Part shown: positions 35,501 through 48,100 of the stretch, piece by piece
Numbering within the stretch: the stretch's first letter is position 1
How the letters are laid out: each line of letters starts with the position of its first letter
Source: Klebsormidium nitens
Taxonomy: Eukaryota; Plantae; Klebsormidiophyceae
NCBI GenBank assembly: GCA_000708835.1
Contig: DF237139.1
Location: forward strand, 1-64,000
Length of the DNA stretch: 64,000 nt
Direction: 5' to 3'
Notes under the pieces: model-generated
What the model was told of the DNA's origin: nothing
Databases searched by the model: none
What the model saw: the letters and a program-made list of their open reading frames with translations, nothing else
Made by a program: the position numbers and the translations under genes

Positions 35501-38500
35501 CCAGGACGCCGCCAAGGTGAAGAAGTCATCCACTGCCGCCAACGTCGCCATCACGCTCCAGCGGCGCTACATGAACATGGTCGTCGACAGCTCCCGCCAA
35601 AAGCAGTTTGAGATGTTTCTGGGCTTGCGCCGCCATAAGCACTTGCCCTCTCAGCCCGACTCGCCGCTCGAGGCCCTGACAAGGCCTCACGCCTGCATAC
35701 TGAAGCCAGTCCCGGCGGTGTACCCGTCGCTGTTCCCGGCGCAGGCCTTGTTGACGGGGCTGCCGAAGGGGGCGTCCTGGGTGCGTGTTTTTTGGTTTTG
35801 TGTTTTGGGAGTTTGTTCGAAACCTGTAAACACCGTGACTTTGATGACGCATATCACGTCTGCTTTTTGGGCAGGAAGGAGAAAGAAACGTCTGTGAGAA
35901 AACGTCTGTAAAAAGACTGCTGGTAGACCGAGCAGAGAGGGCACGCTTCCTGTGCACGTACATTCCTGGCCAGATGACGTGGTTGTTGCCAGGATATTCA
36001 GGAATGTTTGGAGTCTTTGGTTCCCGAATTCGTCATTTAACGTGCTCGCTGTCAGAACGAGTCCTCGGCTACCTCCTGTCACTCGATTGAGAACCAGCGT
36101 CACTGCTTCGTACTTTCTCAACTCCTTCCTCCTTTGTCATCGAAAGTTTTCCACGCAATCCTCGTTCATTCTAATAGCATCTCACAGAGACTGTCTCTAT
36201 CTCGTGCAGGTCTGCCCCTCGGCTGCGGAGGTGCTGGAGGTGTACGTGTTCCTCTCGGAGCCGTGCCACGTGTCCCAGCTCGTCATCAGCGTCGCGCACG
36301 GCACCGACGACTCAACCGTGCCCCGCAGCTTCGACGTGCGCGCGGGCCGGACGCTGGACGCTATGAAGGTCCTGCTCGAGGTGCGTCCGAAAGCATTCAA
36401 TTCGTTTCGGCGCGACGCTTGTAGCAGTTTCTTCTTTTGAGAAGCGTGGCAACAGGGGGAAATCAGCCCACAAGGACCATTGATTTGGTCCCTGGAAAAG
36501 TCTTTTGAGGCCTCGGTCGGAGCCTTTTTGGGTCGAGGTGACAGTTATTGAGCAGTGGGACTTAAGGTCCTTCGCTTCTTTGCTTTGGATTGCTGTGCTT
36601 CGAACCCGCGCACAGACGGCGCAGCGAGGTGAACACGTGATACTTCTGCAGACACGAGACAAAAGAGGCGTAACAGAAATGTCAATGAGGGAGGTTTAGA
36701 GAAGCTCCCGCGAGGTGTAGGAAACAGTAGACCTTTCGAAGACGTTTATACAACCAGATTTACACCGCTTATCTTACACCGCTTATTTTGGCAGGGCGCT
36801 GGCATCCCCAAGTGCGCCCACGGCACGCAGCTGCTCTACAACCTGCCCGGGTTAGTTAACCCCGAGGACAAAACCCTAACCGGAAGCGCCCGGGGGAAGC
36901 GCCCGGGGGAGCAGTTCTCCTCCCTCTACGACTTCGAGGAAGCGGAAGGGGCGGTTGACTACCTAACCCGATTCGTAACCGTCACCTTCTACCCCTCTGC
37001 CCCGGGGATCAGCATGACGCTCGGGCCGGTCGAAGTCTTGGGGACTTCGCTGGTCGGGAAAGCGCTCGGGGGATCCCCTCCGAGCACTCAGCAGACGAGC
37101 CAGAGGCTCTTGCCTGCCGGAGACTCCTTCACGGATCTGCTCTCAGTGGGGGAGCCGACTGGCACTCCAAACGGCCCCCCTGCGGCCGCGCCGCCAGCTG
37201 TCAGCCCTGCGGTAACCGACGCCTGGGATCCGTTCGGAGTCGTTCCGTTGGTTGCAGCGCCCAAAACGGAAACCACTGCAAACGGGTCCCCTCTTCCGCT
37301 GAGCAACGCAAACCCGTTCTCAACTTGGGATCCTTTCGCCGCCCCTCTGCCGGCGTCTAGCTCTCCTATCTCGGATCCTTTCGAAAGCGTGTCACTGCAG
37401 TCAGTACCCGCCGAAACCATCCATACTTCCGCTTCAACATCCAACGGCAACCCCGCGACGCAGCTTACGAAGTCCGGGGTCCTCGAAAGCAGTGTCAGCT
37501 CGCCTGGGGGGCAGCCTGGCCTGCCGTCCTCCACCCCCCCGGAACGAGGCAACGCACCGGTGACCCCCGTGAATGGCGGAAGAGCGGCGGTTGAATCGTA
37601 CTTACAGCTGGTCGCGAAAGTCGGGGGGAACGAACAAACCGTGCGATTTAGCGTCTGTATGGAACTAGACATTGCGAGGTTGAGACTGGGCTTGTCGGCG
37701 GCACAGCGGGACCGAGCGTTGCTCTCTGTTGGTCGCGATCCGGCTTTGCTCGACCCGAACCGAACACTGACGGTGACGGAATTGGTCCCGCTCCGAGTGG
37801 CGGCCAACCAGCTAGCGACACTTGTCCGCGTGGCACAGGAAGACAGGGAGGTTGCCGCCTTCGCCGACCAGGGTTTGGGGATAACCGTTCCAGAAGGTTT
37901 GGCTAACCCGAGCGTTGAGATCGACCTGATCAAGCTTCAGGGGTGCTTGAGTAGGGAGTGCGAGGTCGGACGGGGGGGCTTGGCGGCGGGGGGTGCGGTA
38001 CAGGGCGGAAATAGCCCCCTGAAACGGTGCGAGGAGTGTGAGAAGAGAGTCTGCGCTGCATGTTTGGTCGGGCCGGGAGCAGGGCTACTGAAAAAGCACA
38101 GGGAAAACAAAGTGCGGGTCGAGGTGCCGGAAGCCCGCGAGGGGGGGACAAAAGCCGAGCCGAAAGGACCCCCCCTCCAGGACCAAACGCTGTGCAAGAA
38201 ATGCTGCCCGGCGCTCGTGAGAGATGCGGTCCTCATCGACCGGGTGCGGAAGCTCTCGGCGGCTAGGCGGAGGGTCCGCCTAGAGACAGAAGCGGCCCAG
38301 GCCGCGGCGCATTTACACTCCCTCAGCGCGGGCAGTGCCGTGGAGTGTGAAGCGGGCCAGGGGAACTTGCGGGACGGGAGGGGGGTGGCAATTGCGGGGG
38401 TGCCGAACCTTGCGGGAGATTTACTGGCGGAGTATCCATATGCCGGGCTGCTCTTTGCGGTGAGAAAGATCCTCTGCTTGGAGTTTTGAAGTCTTTCAAT

Positions 38501-41500
38501 TTAGTCTAGCAGCCGTCCACTGTGCTTTTGACACCGGGTGCCTATCTGGGTTTGAGATCTAGAGATCAACGCTTTGTGAGCAATGAACAGAGGGCTTCGT
38601 TTGACAAGCATGCCTTTCGATTCAATGCTGTAGAGGGAAGGCCGAGTCGTGCAAGCCGAATCCCTAAAAGCTCCAAGATAAAGCTGACCCTCTGCTTTAC
38701 CTTTTGCTTATTCTGAGTCCGGCTGCCGCAGCTTTGGCCCCGCCTTAGACCAAAAGTTCACGCCTATCTCACTTGCTTCTTCGACAATAATTCTCCCCCA
38801 AATTCTCTCGTTACCATCCTTTAACTTTTTTTGTGACGCGTTTGTTTGACCAGGTTCCGACTGCCGAAGGCTCAGCCCCGGCGGAGTCCTTCCTCGCCAG
38901 TCCCAGCGTGCAGTCTCCGGGCCAGTACTGGCGCGCGCCGTCCATTGGAACCACGGCCGTCGACATCGCGATCGTGTTAGCGACCCCGGGGAACGTCCAC
39001 CGACTCGCGCTCGAGGTTAGCCCGTGCGGATACACACAGGGGCACGACACCCCGCTGGTAAGACGCTTTCACACAGAAGCTGTACTCGCAAGGGTTGGTT
39101 TTTTAAGTAAGATACTGCCAAGTTTTTTGACCCGAAGAATATCTTCCAACAATATCCGTCTGGTAAAAGAGGCTTTCTCGCCGTTGAAGATACTTTCATT
39201 CTGCCTGTTCTGGAGGTATAGCTGGGCTGGATAGCTGGGCTGGAGTTTTAAATCGTCGCAATGCGCTCAGTCGCTCGCGCAGCTCTTGAGGCGGCTACCC
39301 AAGCTTGCTGCTCCTCAGGTCAGGTGTCTTCAGCATCAATAACCGGAGGTGGAAGCAACGCTGTAGCAGCAGAAAGCAGCAGAAAGGTTCATACTCCTCC
39401 AGATACTGTAGCAGTTTCCTCTTCCTTGCAGACGAGAGACTTTCTATCTGCACCTTCAAATCGAGAATCCTGACGCTCTTTAGAAAACCCGCTGACTGTG
39501 TGTCCCGTGACTGCAGATCGACATTGCAGTAGGCTCAACAATCGCCGAGAAGGACTACGTCGGCCGCTGGGACATTGCCGCCGCCGCGGCTGCCTCGCCG
39601 CACGTCTTCGGCCCCGAAACCCAAGCCCAAACCTCCAAACCCCTCTCCCGGACGCTCGTCTACAACTTCCCCAGGGGGGTCCGCACGTGCCGGATCGTGT
39701 GGCTCAGATTCTCGCTCAGGTCGGACACGTCAGCAAACCCGTTTGCGGCGCAGCCGTCGGCCGCAGGACTGTTTGATTTGCTGAGCTTGGACCCGACGCC
39801 CCCGCCGACGGGAAGCGCGGCCCCACGTGCGCCGGCGTTCGTGCATGCCAGCCGGATCCTAGTGCTGGGTGAGACTCGGTACCTACTTTCCACCGTTTTG
39901 GGCGCGGCTCTTCGAACTGGTGTCCTAAGAATGAGGGAGTAACAGTGCGTTGTTGGAAGGCCGTCTTTCCTGGTAGGCACATCTCGGATCTCCAGAGGTT
40001 CACTTATATTGTAAGGAGTAAATCAGTGGACATGTCGCACTTCCGCTTCGGTTTGGCGACGGAATATAACAAGGCATCCGTCTGCGTGGTCAAGGACACC
40101 TCACGCCTACTCTGCGCAGAGCTTTAGCGGGGGTCCGTTTTGTTCCCCTCAATACCCCTTTACCAGGCTGCTTTTACCATGCTGATTTCGCCCCTTAATG
40201 TCGGAGCGCTCAGATGTTGCTTCGCGGTGTGCGACGCCTCCTCAACTCTGCCTATCCCCTCTATTTTCCGGGGCAGGCGAAAAGCGTCCCTACGACCATA
40301 CACTTTCATTGCTCCATGTCAAGTCGACTGCATTAGACTCGTACTCTCACGATCCGCATGTAGTCCGCCTCTCCTTAAGGTGGGCATGAAACGTGCAAGT
40401 CCTTTTCAGATCTCGTAATAGCGAAACTCTCATCAAGTTCCCAGCCAAAATCGCGACCGTCAATGTCGGGATGCCGTTGGCAAAAACGCCCGTGAACTGC
40501 CGGCACCCATAGGTAAATCGCGAGCGCTCATATCTTCATCACTCCTTCACAGGCGAACGTGTCCTCAGCGACCCTTCCGACCCCGCCTCGCTGGCCCCGC
40601 AAGCCTCGGAGCGCCTCGCGCTCAAGACCGTGCTCGACGCCCCCCCCCGCGTCGTCCGCATCCGTGTTCCGTCCGAGTTCCAGGACGTCAAACCGTCCGG
40701 CGCCGTCGTCGAACTAGGTGTGGACCTTTCCCGCGTCCCGTCGGTCGGCGGATTCCGGCTGGACGCCCTCGGGCTCGCGCGGCGCGTCCCGGCGCTCGGC
40801 CCCGAGGAAGGGTTTGGGGGTTTGGCCGTTGCCTCGGGCGACGAGATGGCAGCAGCGGCCGTCGGGCTAACGGTGCGAGTGCATGCAATTCAGGTGGGTT
40901 TAGAAAATTGTTTCATCTTGTTTTCTTCGGGCACGAAACGGGAGTCTTTTCGTTTCCTCTGGGCACGGAATGGAAAGATACACGGACTTAGGACTGCGAA
41001 ACAATGGCGTCGGCCTGCGCTTCAGCTTCGGCTTTGGCTTCGAAGTCCGAGTACTTCGAACTGTGGAGTGTTTCATGTTTCTGACGAAAGTTCAAAACGG
41101 AGTCCGGGTGCGGTTGCAAGCTTTTATCGCTGCTGTATTGCTTTGCAAGGCTACAAGCCTGCGCTCCTTGAACGCATAGGGTTTGTCGAGCTCTAAGCCA
41201 GGGCTAAGAAGGAGCGCTACTTCATTGCTCCATGATCTCTGAAAACGACGGGGGAAAAGGTGAAAAGTTCTATCGGCAAACTTCTACGAAGCCGGGAAAG
41301 TAATGTTCTCTCGCTAGATTTGTTGTCCCGAAGTCTGTTATTGCGGGGATTATGATGCGGGGGACATAGCGCCTGCGGGTGAAGCATTCTCACTTGGCAT
41401 TTTGGCCTTACAGAGCGAAGGTGGGGTTGGGGGCCCTGTTCCAGTAGGCGAGTTCCTTCTTCCAACCGCCCGACAGGGTACGGCCCTCTACTTCGACTTC

Positions 41501-41686
41501 CCGGGACCTGTAGCCGCGCGCATAATCGTCGTAGAGTTGGTAGGAGACGTTTCGACGTGCGGAGATGAAGGGGATGACGACGGAAAAGACTCCGTGTCAA
41601 CGTTCTCACTGAAAGATAGAGTAAGGCTGTATAGGTATGCGCTGCCGCAGGAAGCCGGCAAGTGGCCTCAACTGAACGCGCCTTAG
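29548..41686 (+). CDS. SAC9: SAC9 phosphoinositide phosphatase (SAC domain, WW domain, long C-terminal region)
   Basis: Many GT-AG exons: [40 protein letters not shown], catalytic [14 protein letters not shown] domain [47 protein letters not shown] and end [14 protein letters not shown]. The ATG at 29548 is tentative. Confidence 0.93.
33506..33561 (-). repeat. Fragment of a dispersed repeat family (also near 42668 and 59766)
   Basis: Reverse complement reads gctccgcacccgtacacaccctaaac...ctacccgtcc. Confidence 0.7.
34330..34500 (+). repeat. Two intronic copies of the SAC9 acceptor and exon start at 34590
   Basis: Copies at 34336 ([11 protein letters not shown]) and 34463 ([11 protein letters not shown]) precede the used exon at 34590, exactly 127 nt apart. 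Confidence 0.85.
35031..35425 (+). repeat. Three intronic copies of the SAC9 acceptor and exon start at 35505
   Basis: cag|ga(c/t)(g/t/a)ccgc at 35037, 35189 and 35338; used exon at 35505. Confidence 0.9.
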
Positions 41687-42667
41687 GACATTGCAGCTCT
41701 GATTCGCTGAGACTATTGACACTCTTGACACTGCTGCTCCCGACTGTTCAGTTCTACCTGGTCTCTAGGATATTGTGCCAGTAGGCGGTGCATGGGCCAT
41801 GGCACATGGTCCGAGATGCTCTCAGTATTGACTGATTTGGTAACCGTCCCGCGGAGCTTTTTAAATTTTAAGAGGCGTAAAGCACAAAGATGATGTGTTT
41901 GAATAATGTAGCTTGATCTATTTGGTAACAACCCCATATGCATGGCCTCAGTGAAGTGTTGCATACTGAAAAAACCACATGCTTTTCATCCATTTGATTA
42001 GCAATCCCGTGTTGCAAACATGCAAGTCAACATCATTATGTCGGACAAGTACCTAGCGGCCGCGGCGCCGTCGTCCCGACGCCGGCCTCTCGCAGTCAAT
42101 ACAGGTGCCGGGTCAATAAGGCCCAACCCTGCGTGCTTCGGAATTGCGCGATTTAATTGCTAGGCCGGTCGGCAGTGACTGCCCTATCGAGGCAATGATC
42201 TCCACGCAGGCCTTCATGCAGGCCCCTTGAGTTTCTGACACAAGTGTTAATTGCCGAGTTTTTTCTGGTCCCATCTTGCCTTCTAAAAAAGTCAAAACTG
42301 CGCCCTTGCATGAGTGAGATTTCAATCTTGAATGCGTCGGAAGCGTCCTTCGCGCATGCTCTGCTACACCTCTGGCGATCTCAGGCTGCCCGGCGGCCGA
42401 GACGCGACTCACAGGTCAGCCTGCTGACGTGTCGGACTGCCATGCTTCAGCTACCTAGAGTCTTCGCGGCGGGATCCGCCTTCTGGATGGATGACACCTG
42501 TTCAAAAATATTCGAAATGGACGGCACAGGAAGGCTCCAGGATGTCACGTTTTCATCAGTCCGCCGCGACGCCAAACTCGAATTCAAAATGTGTGCGTCA
42601 CTGCACCGTCACGTGCAGTGCAACACACGCGCGCGATACGGCACTTAACCACAGTAGTTCTCAGTTT

Positions 42668-42898
42668 CATGTTGACCAAGGGCTGTGTTGACTTGCCCGG
42701 GGAGCCGGGGAGCCGGGGAACCGGGTAACCGGGTGGGGTTGGTTTGGGGGATAAGGGTGGGTACGGGATTTCGATCGTGTTGTTTGACTAAAAATCCTGC
42801 TCGGGGACCGAAGCAAACTAAAAACTAACCCCATAAATCGACATGCTCCGCACCCGTAACCCACCTAACCGCCAAACCAACTACCCGTCCCCCGGGCG
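42668..42898. mobile_element. Short imperfect-palindromic dispersed repeat (MITE-like)
   Basis: The left arm is the reverse complement of the right-arm motif tccgcacccgtaacccacctaaccgccaaaccaactacccgtcccccgggc. The left end catgttgaccaagg matches the 59766 element end. Confidence 0.55.
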
Positions 42899-43100
42899 GC
42901 CTCCATCGAGACGATTTTGGTGATGGGTGTGCATTGCGGAGCCTGTACTTTTTGGGTTAGGTTTCACATAAATTTGTTCCTGGCCCCGAGCACTAACTTG
43001 CCATTGTCCATCATAGTCAAGACTCGGATCCCTTCTCGGCACTGGATGAGGTCACATGGGTAGGGGCCGACAATAATGATGACCTCATTTTCCCGGTCCT

Positions 43101-43126
43101 AATAGTAATAGTAATAGTAATAGTAA
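43101..43126 (+). repeat. (TAATAG)n short tandem repeat
   Basis: taatagtaatagtaatagtaatagtaat. Confidence 0.85.
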
Positions 43127-45131
43127 TCCATCAATAATATAGAGTCCCCGGCAGTCGGCCCCGGGCAGGTGATCTTGTACACCCGTCACGATATTCCTGA
43201 AAGGGTTCCTCATTTATCCACTACCGGGGCCCACTACCGGCCGGTACACGCAATACTTGTGCGCGACCCGACCGGGTAGTAGGTAGGTAATGTGAGGTGT
43301 GAGGGGTAACCGTATACCGTATACCGTACCGTACAAAGTGATCGGCCAGTTGGCAGTACCTAGGTACAGTACCCACTTTTGTGAAGCCTGAAGGCAGGCT
43401 GTACATAGCCTTATCTAGGTATACCGTAGGTACCGGGGTGGATAAGAACTACGGTACCTACCTAGGTATGCCAGACTAGGTATGCATGCAGCTTCCTTGA
43501 TCCGAATCACTCCCTTCCTCCCTTAGGCTTCAGCGCACTGCGCTGTCGGCAAAACTCACTTGCAGCACGGCATTGCCTCCGCCGCTCCGGCTCGATCATC
43601 ACTTTCAGTTTCAGGAGCTAGGCCACCAAAATCCCATCAACTGCGGCGTTGTCGGCGTCACTACTACTTCGCGAAGCATCTTCCCGTGATCGGATTAAAA
43701 GGTGCAAGATCCGGCTGTTAGCTAGCTTGGTGTAGGGAAGCGGCGGAAACTTGAGAAGGCGGCACGTTACGGTACGTAGTTCCCACAGAGATCATGTAAA
43801 TCAGCTTGATTGCTTGTCTTTCTTCATCGGTTGTATTGCGCTTCACACCAAGGGCTCAAAGGTGAGTTTCTTACTTCCATCCAGCTCGCTCCGAAATGTC
43901 AGCGATCAGACGTTTTCTGCTCTAGGTTTTCCACCAGCAAGAATGAGCTTCCAGCTACAGCGGATCCTGACAGGTCAAAGCTTCCCTTCAAACTGGGGAG
44001 CTTGGGAATTGCTGACATGGGGCGTAATTTTTGACCTTCTTTGACTACTGTCCATGAGTTGTTGAGCTAGCTTGATCGCAATTGCTAGAGTCGCTGGACT
44101 GCGAGCTGCTAAATAAGGATGTTGGTCAATTGCTGATAGGTAGACGAAAAGGATCAGGACGTTGTTGATGTGTAAGGCCCTGATTCATCATGAAGACCTC
44201 AAAGTTTGAGGAGGTTGGGTTGCTGCTTTTGTGGTAGCACGTCCGGCTCGCTTGTTGGGGTTTCTTCTTCGGCCTTTCTCAAAATCTCGACCCAGGGGTT
44301 CTTACCTCAGTTGCAAGGGGCCCTTCTATCTAATGCTGAAGTCTTTCTGGATATCTTCCAAGATCCTACTGCTTTCTCTTCTTTGTGATGCTGTCTGACT
44401 CACATCGGTTGTGAGCTTTGGATCCAATGGAGAGGGCCGCGACGGGTGGCTGGTCAAAGCCCTTATTCATCCGCCCAGCTGATTTCTCCTGACTACTTTG
44501 ATGGTCAGCTGTGAACTTAACTTGCTAGAATAACCACCCTTGACTATGAACACAGCAGGCTGAAGAACAGAGCAAACATTAACTGAAGCCATTGAGTCTG
44601 TTTCTGACCGGTAAACGTTTCTCGTACAATCAAGCTGCATGTAACTCCTTTGTTTACCACGGCCAAGGGAGTCCCACGTCGCAGCTATTCCTTTGCTCTC
44701 ATGCACTTTATAGAGCTGCAAGCTCTTCCTTAGCTCCAGTGGACCACTCCTGGAGTGACATGTGTCACTGGAGGACTCTGCCTTTGGTTTGTGTGCTGGC
44801 AGTTCCAATTCCTTTATTCGGAGCAGTTCAAGAACATCCCTCCCTCGGGGCACTGTTGTTATCCGCAAAGACCTCATCTTCAGAATTTGTAGATATCAGC
44901 CTTGCCTAGGTCTAAACAAGCATTTACTCCTCTTCACCTTCCAATTTCTGTCCAAAGTGATTTCTTAGAACCTCTTCCAAAGCCCATTTTCACTTTCTGC
45001 TTGTGCAAAGCATACTGATACAGAGCCAAAGTACCCGAGTTTGTGTTACCTCTAAAACTGTCAATCTCATCATGATCTCCCCTCTCATCACCTTTCTCTC
45101 TTCTGCAGACTCCTCTCTGATCCCCCTCACA

Positions 45132-48100
45132 ATGGCCGCCGCCCCGCTCCTCTCGCTCCTAGTTTCCCTCCTCTCCATCAATGGCGCCGCCGCCGTCGGC
45201 CGCCACCTGGCGCAATCTCCAGCCTCCGCACCCGAAATGTCAGCGCCCGCCCCTTTTGTTTCTGCACCCGCTCCTGTCATCCCCCCCCTTGCCTCAGCCC
45301 CAGCTACCCCCCCGGTAGAGGCTCCCGCACCCGCACCCGCTCCTGGCGCCCCCGCCCCTGCGCCGCTCACTCCGATTGCACCAGTTGACCCCTGTTTTGC
45401 GAGTCTGGGGGGGAACAATGTGACGGTGTTGATGGTTGCTGACCCGGGCTCGTTTTCCGGCTCTGCAGAGGCCAAATATCTAGAGGTGAGGGCAACTCTG
45501 TGAAGCCACTGTTGTTACCCTTGGGGTGGTACTGATTTGGTGAGGCAATGCTAACGAGTGGCTGTTCCGCAGCTTAGGGTAGTTCTGCAGAACTTGATCT
45601 GTGAAATTTAGGGCTCGTGACTGATCAGGTCAGACAGGGGAGGCAGGTGAAGCTAGAATTGGAGTGAAGGGGTTTGTTACGGGCACGGGAGCACAGGCAT
45701 TGCAGCTTTTGTAACCTAGTTTGTCCGCATGCTTTGGCAAGTCTGTGATCTGCCGTCCGCTGGCACCTACTCCGGACTTAACTCTTTTGATGGTAGCAAA
45801 TTACAAGGAGATACATCACCAATATACTTGCAGTAGAGAAACATCGACCTCAATCCGGTATGAGAAGAAAGAAACCATTTGAAAGTGTTAAAGGGAAAGT
45901 AGTGTTCTAGCAGCAGTTCTCCTTGAGCAGAAAACCAATCTGATCAGCACACCTCCTCTTGGTTGCTGCAGCTCAACATGGTCAACAAGGTGGAGCTGGC
46001 GCAAGGCAACAGCTACTGCCCCACCAAATTCACCGGAACCATCATGGGCCAGCAAATCCTGCTCGTGACAACCGGTAAGTTGACTCAAACTCGATCAACT
46101 GAGCGTTTTCACACCTTGCCGTGGCGTGAAGTTTTTCCAGAGCGCTACCCTTTGAGCGCGCAAACCGACCCCGAGAGCAACATTTAGCAGCTTTCATGGA
46201 GCAAGAGATCCCACGGCACCTGCAATACATGGGAAGAGATCTAGATTAGCCTTTATCAAGCTTGGTTTGTGGTTGGTTAGATGGCCTTCATGATCAGCTC
46301 GATGCCCTTCAACCAACTCTGCTTGAGGAAAAAAGCTTCCTGCGATAGAAGTCGACTCATGGGTACCCGAGACGCGCCTCACAATGGCAGCCTGCTTCTG
46401 GAATCGTCCAGCTTTGCAGACATTTGCAGTCAACAGAGCCCAGAGTCCTGAATCCAATGTCGTGAGGCTCTGCGCTTGGTGATGGTGGTTCTTGGAAAGT
46501 CAGAACGGTGCGGAAAGGGGGCGGCTTAGGCGATCGTTCCCACCTCGAAGATTTGCAGTGCGCGCCCTAGAGGAGACTTCACATCCTGCTGGAAACCCTG
46601 GACCCAGAAAGAATCAATAGGAGAGTCGTATACCTTTAAGGGTGAAAAGTAAGCAGCGAAGCAGCACTCAAAACAACCTTGCCGATGAACGTCTTCTCCC
46701 CCGGCATTGGGCCGGGGCAGTCGAGCATCCGCAGTCAGATGAATCTGCAGTGCGCAAGCCATGTGAACTTTCAAAGGATTGGAAAAGCCCTACATTTCAA
46801 ACAACGTAGGGTCTGATGTGAAATGAGCAGCACTCGCAATATACCTGACAACGTTTTGCTTTCTCCCAGGTATCGGCCCAGGTCAGGCGAGCATCTGCAC
46901 ACAGGAATTTCGCAGTGCGCGAGCCACGTGACAAGTTCGGGAACCCCGCAATCTTGTCAAACCTAGGGTCTGATGTGAAAAGAAGCAGGAATTGCAACGT
47001 TCCTGACAACGAATCCTTTTTCTCCCCAGGCATCGGCCCCGGTCAGGCGAGCATCTGCACGCAGGAGATTCTGCAGTGCGCGAGCCACGTTCGGGAGATT
47101 GTCTATTCGGGCACCTCGGGGTGGTCCCTTCAGAAGGGCGGCGTGCTCAACGACGATAACTGCAACACCGTCAACAACTCAACCGCCGTGAGGACACCTT
47201 TTCGTGGTATTAGGCTTTTAGAAACTTTTTTTCCGAAGGTTTTGAAAGGACCGCAGTGAGCGTCCGTTCATGTCCCCGCACAAAACATCTTCTAAACGAC
47301 CTCTACTGTAGGACGCGTGGGCCCGAATATGGACGAAAACCATTCTGACTGTTGCCCCCAATCAATACAATCTGCAGCCGCACAAGCGTGTGTGTACTGT
47401 GTCTCTCGCGCGGCTCATCTTAACGCAATGTTGAAAACCGACGCACACGAGCGGCGGCAGCCTGGGTTGAATTGCGTCCGCAAGTGGATCCCGGGTGCCC
47501 GCTGATTGTTTTCTGCTACCTCTATCAGTCCACGTGGATTCATTGGAAGAACGCCCCTCCCTTTTCGACTGTTCGGCAATAAACCATCTTTCGAACCTTG
47601 TTTGAAAGCTTTGCACCCATCCCAGTCGATAATTCGACGCACTGCGTCCGGTGATTTGCCGTCGCACGAGTGAAACGGCCCCGCTTCCCAGATCGCCGTT
47701 GAGAGGACCCCAAGTCAGGCGGTCCCGTTCGACCTCAGGGCTTCCAATCGTCACGCATTTATTTAAAAAAGTCAAGAGTCAAGACTCATGCTTACAGCTT
47801 TTCAAAGTCTTGCCACGTGGCCCCCCTTCCAACCCTGGAGCCTGCCACGTGGCACTTTTTCACCCTTTACCCCCTACCACGTGACCAGGTCAACCGTCTC
47901 GCTGACTTGTGGATGTCGCCTTTTAGCGTCAACTGGGATTGCAGACTGGGACCAGCAGTGCAGCAAAAATCGGAACCAGCCACGTGGCGTCCTCTAACGC
48001 TCTCCTCTCGATGCCACGTGTCCAGGTGAACCGCATCGGCGACCTGTGCGTGTCGCCCTTCAGCGTCAACTGGGACTGCAAGCAAACCGACTGGAACCAA

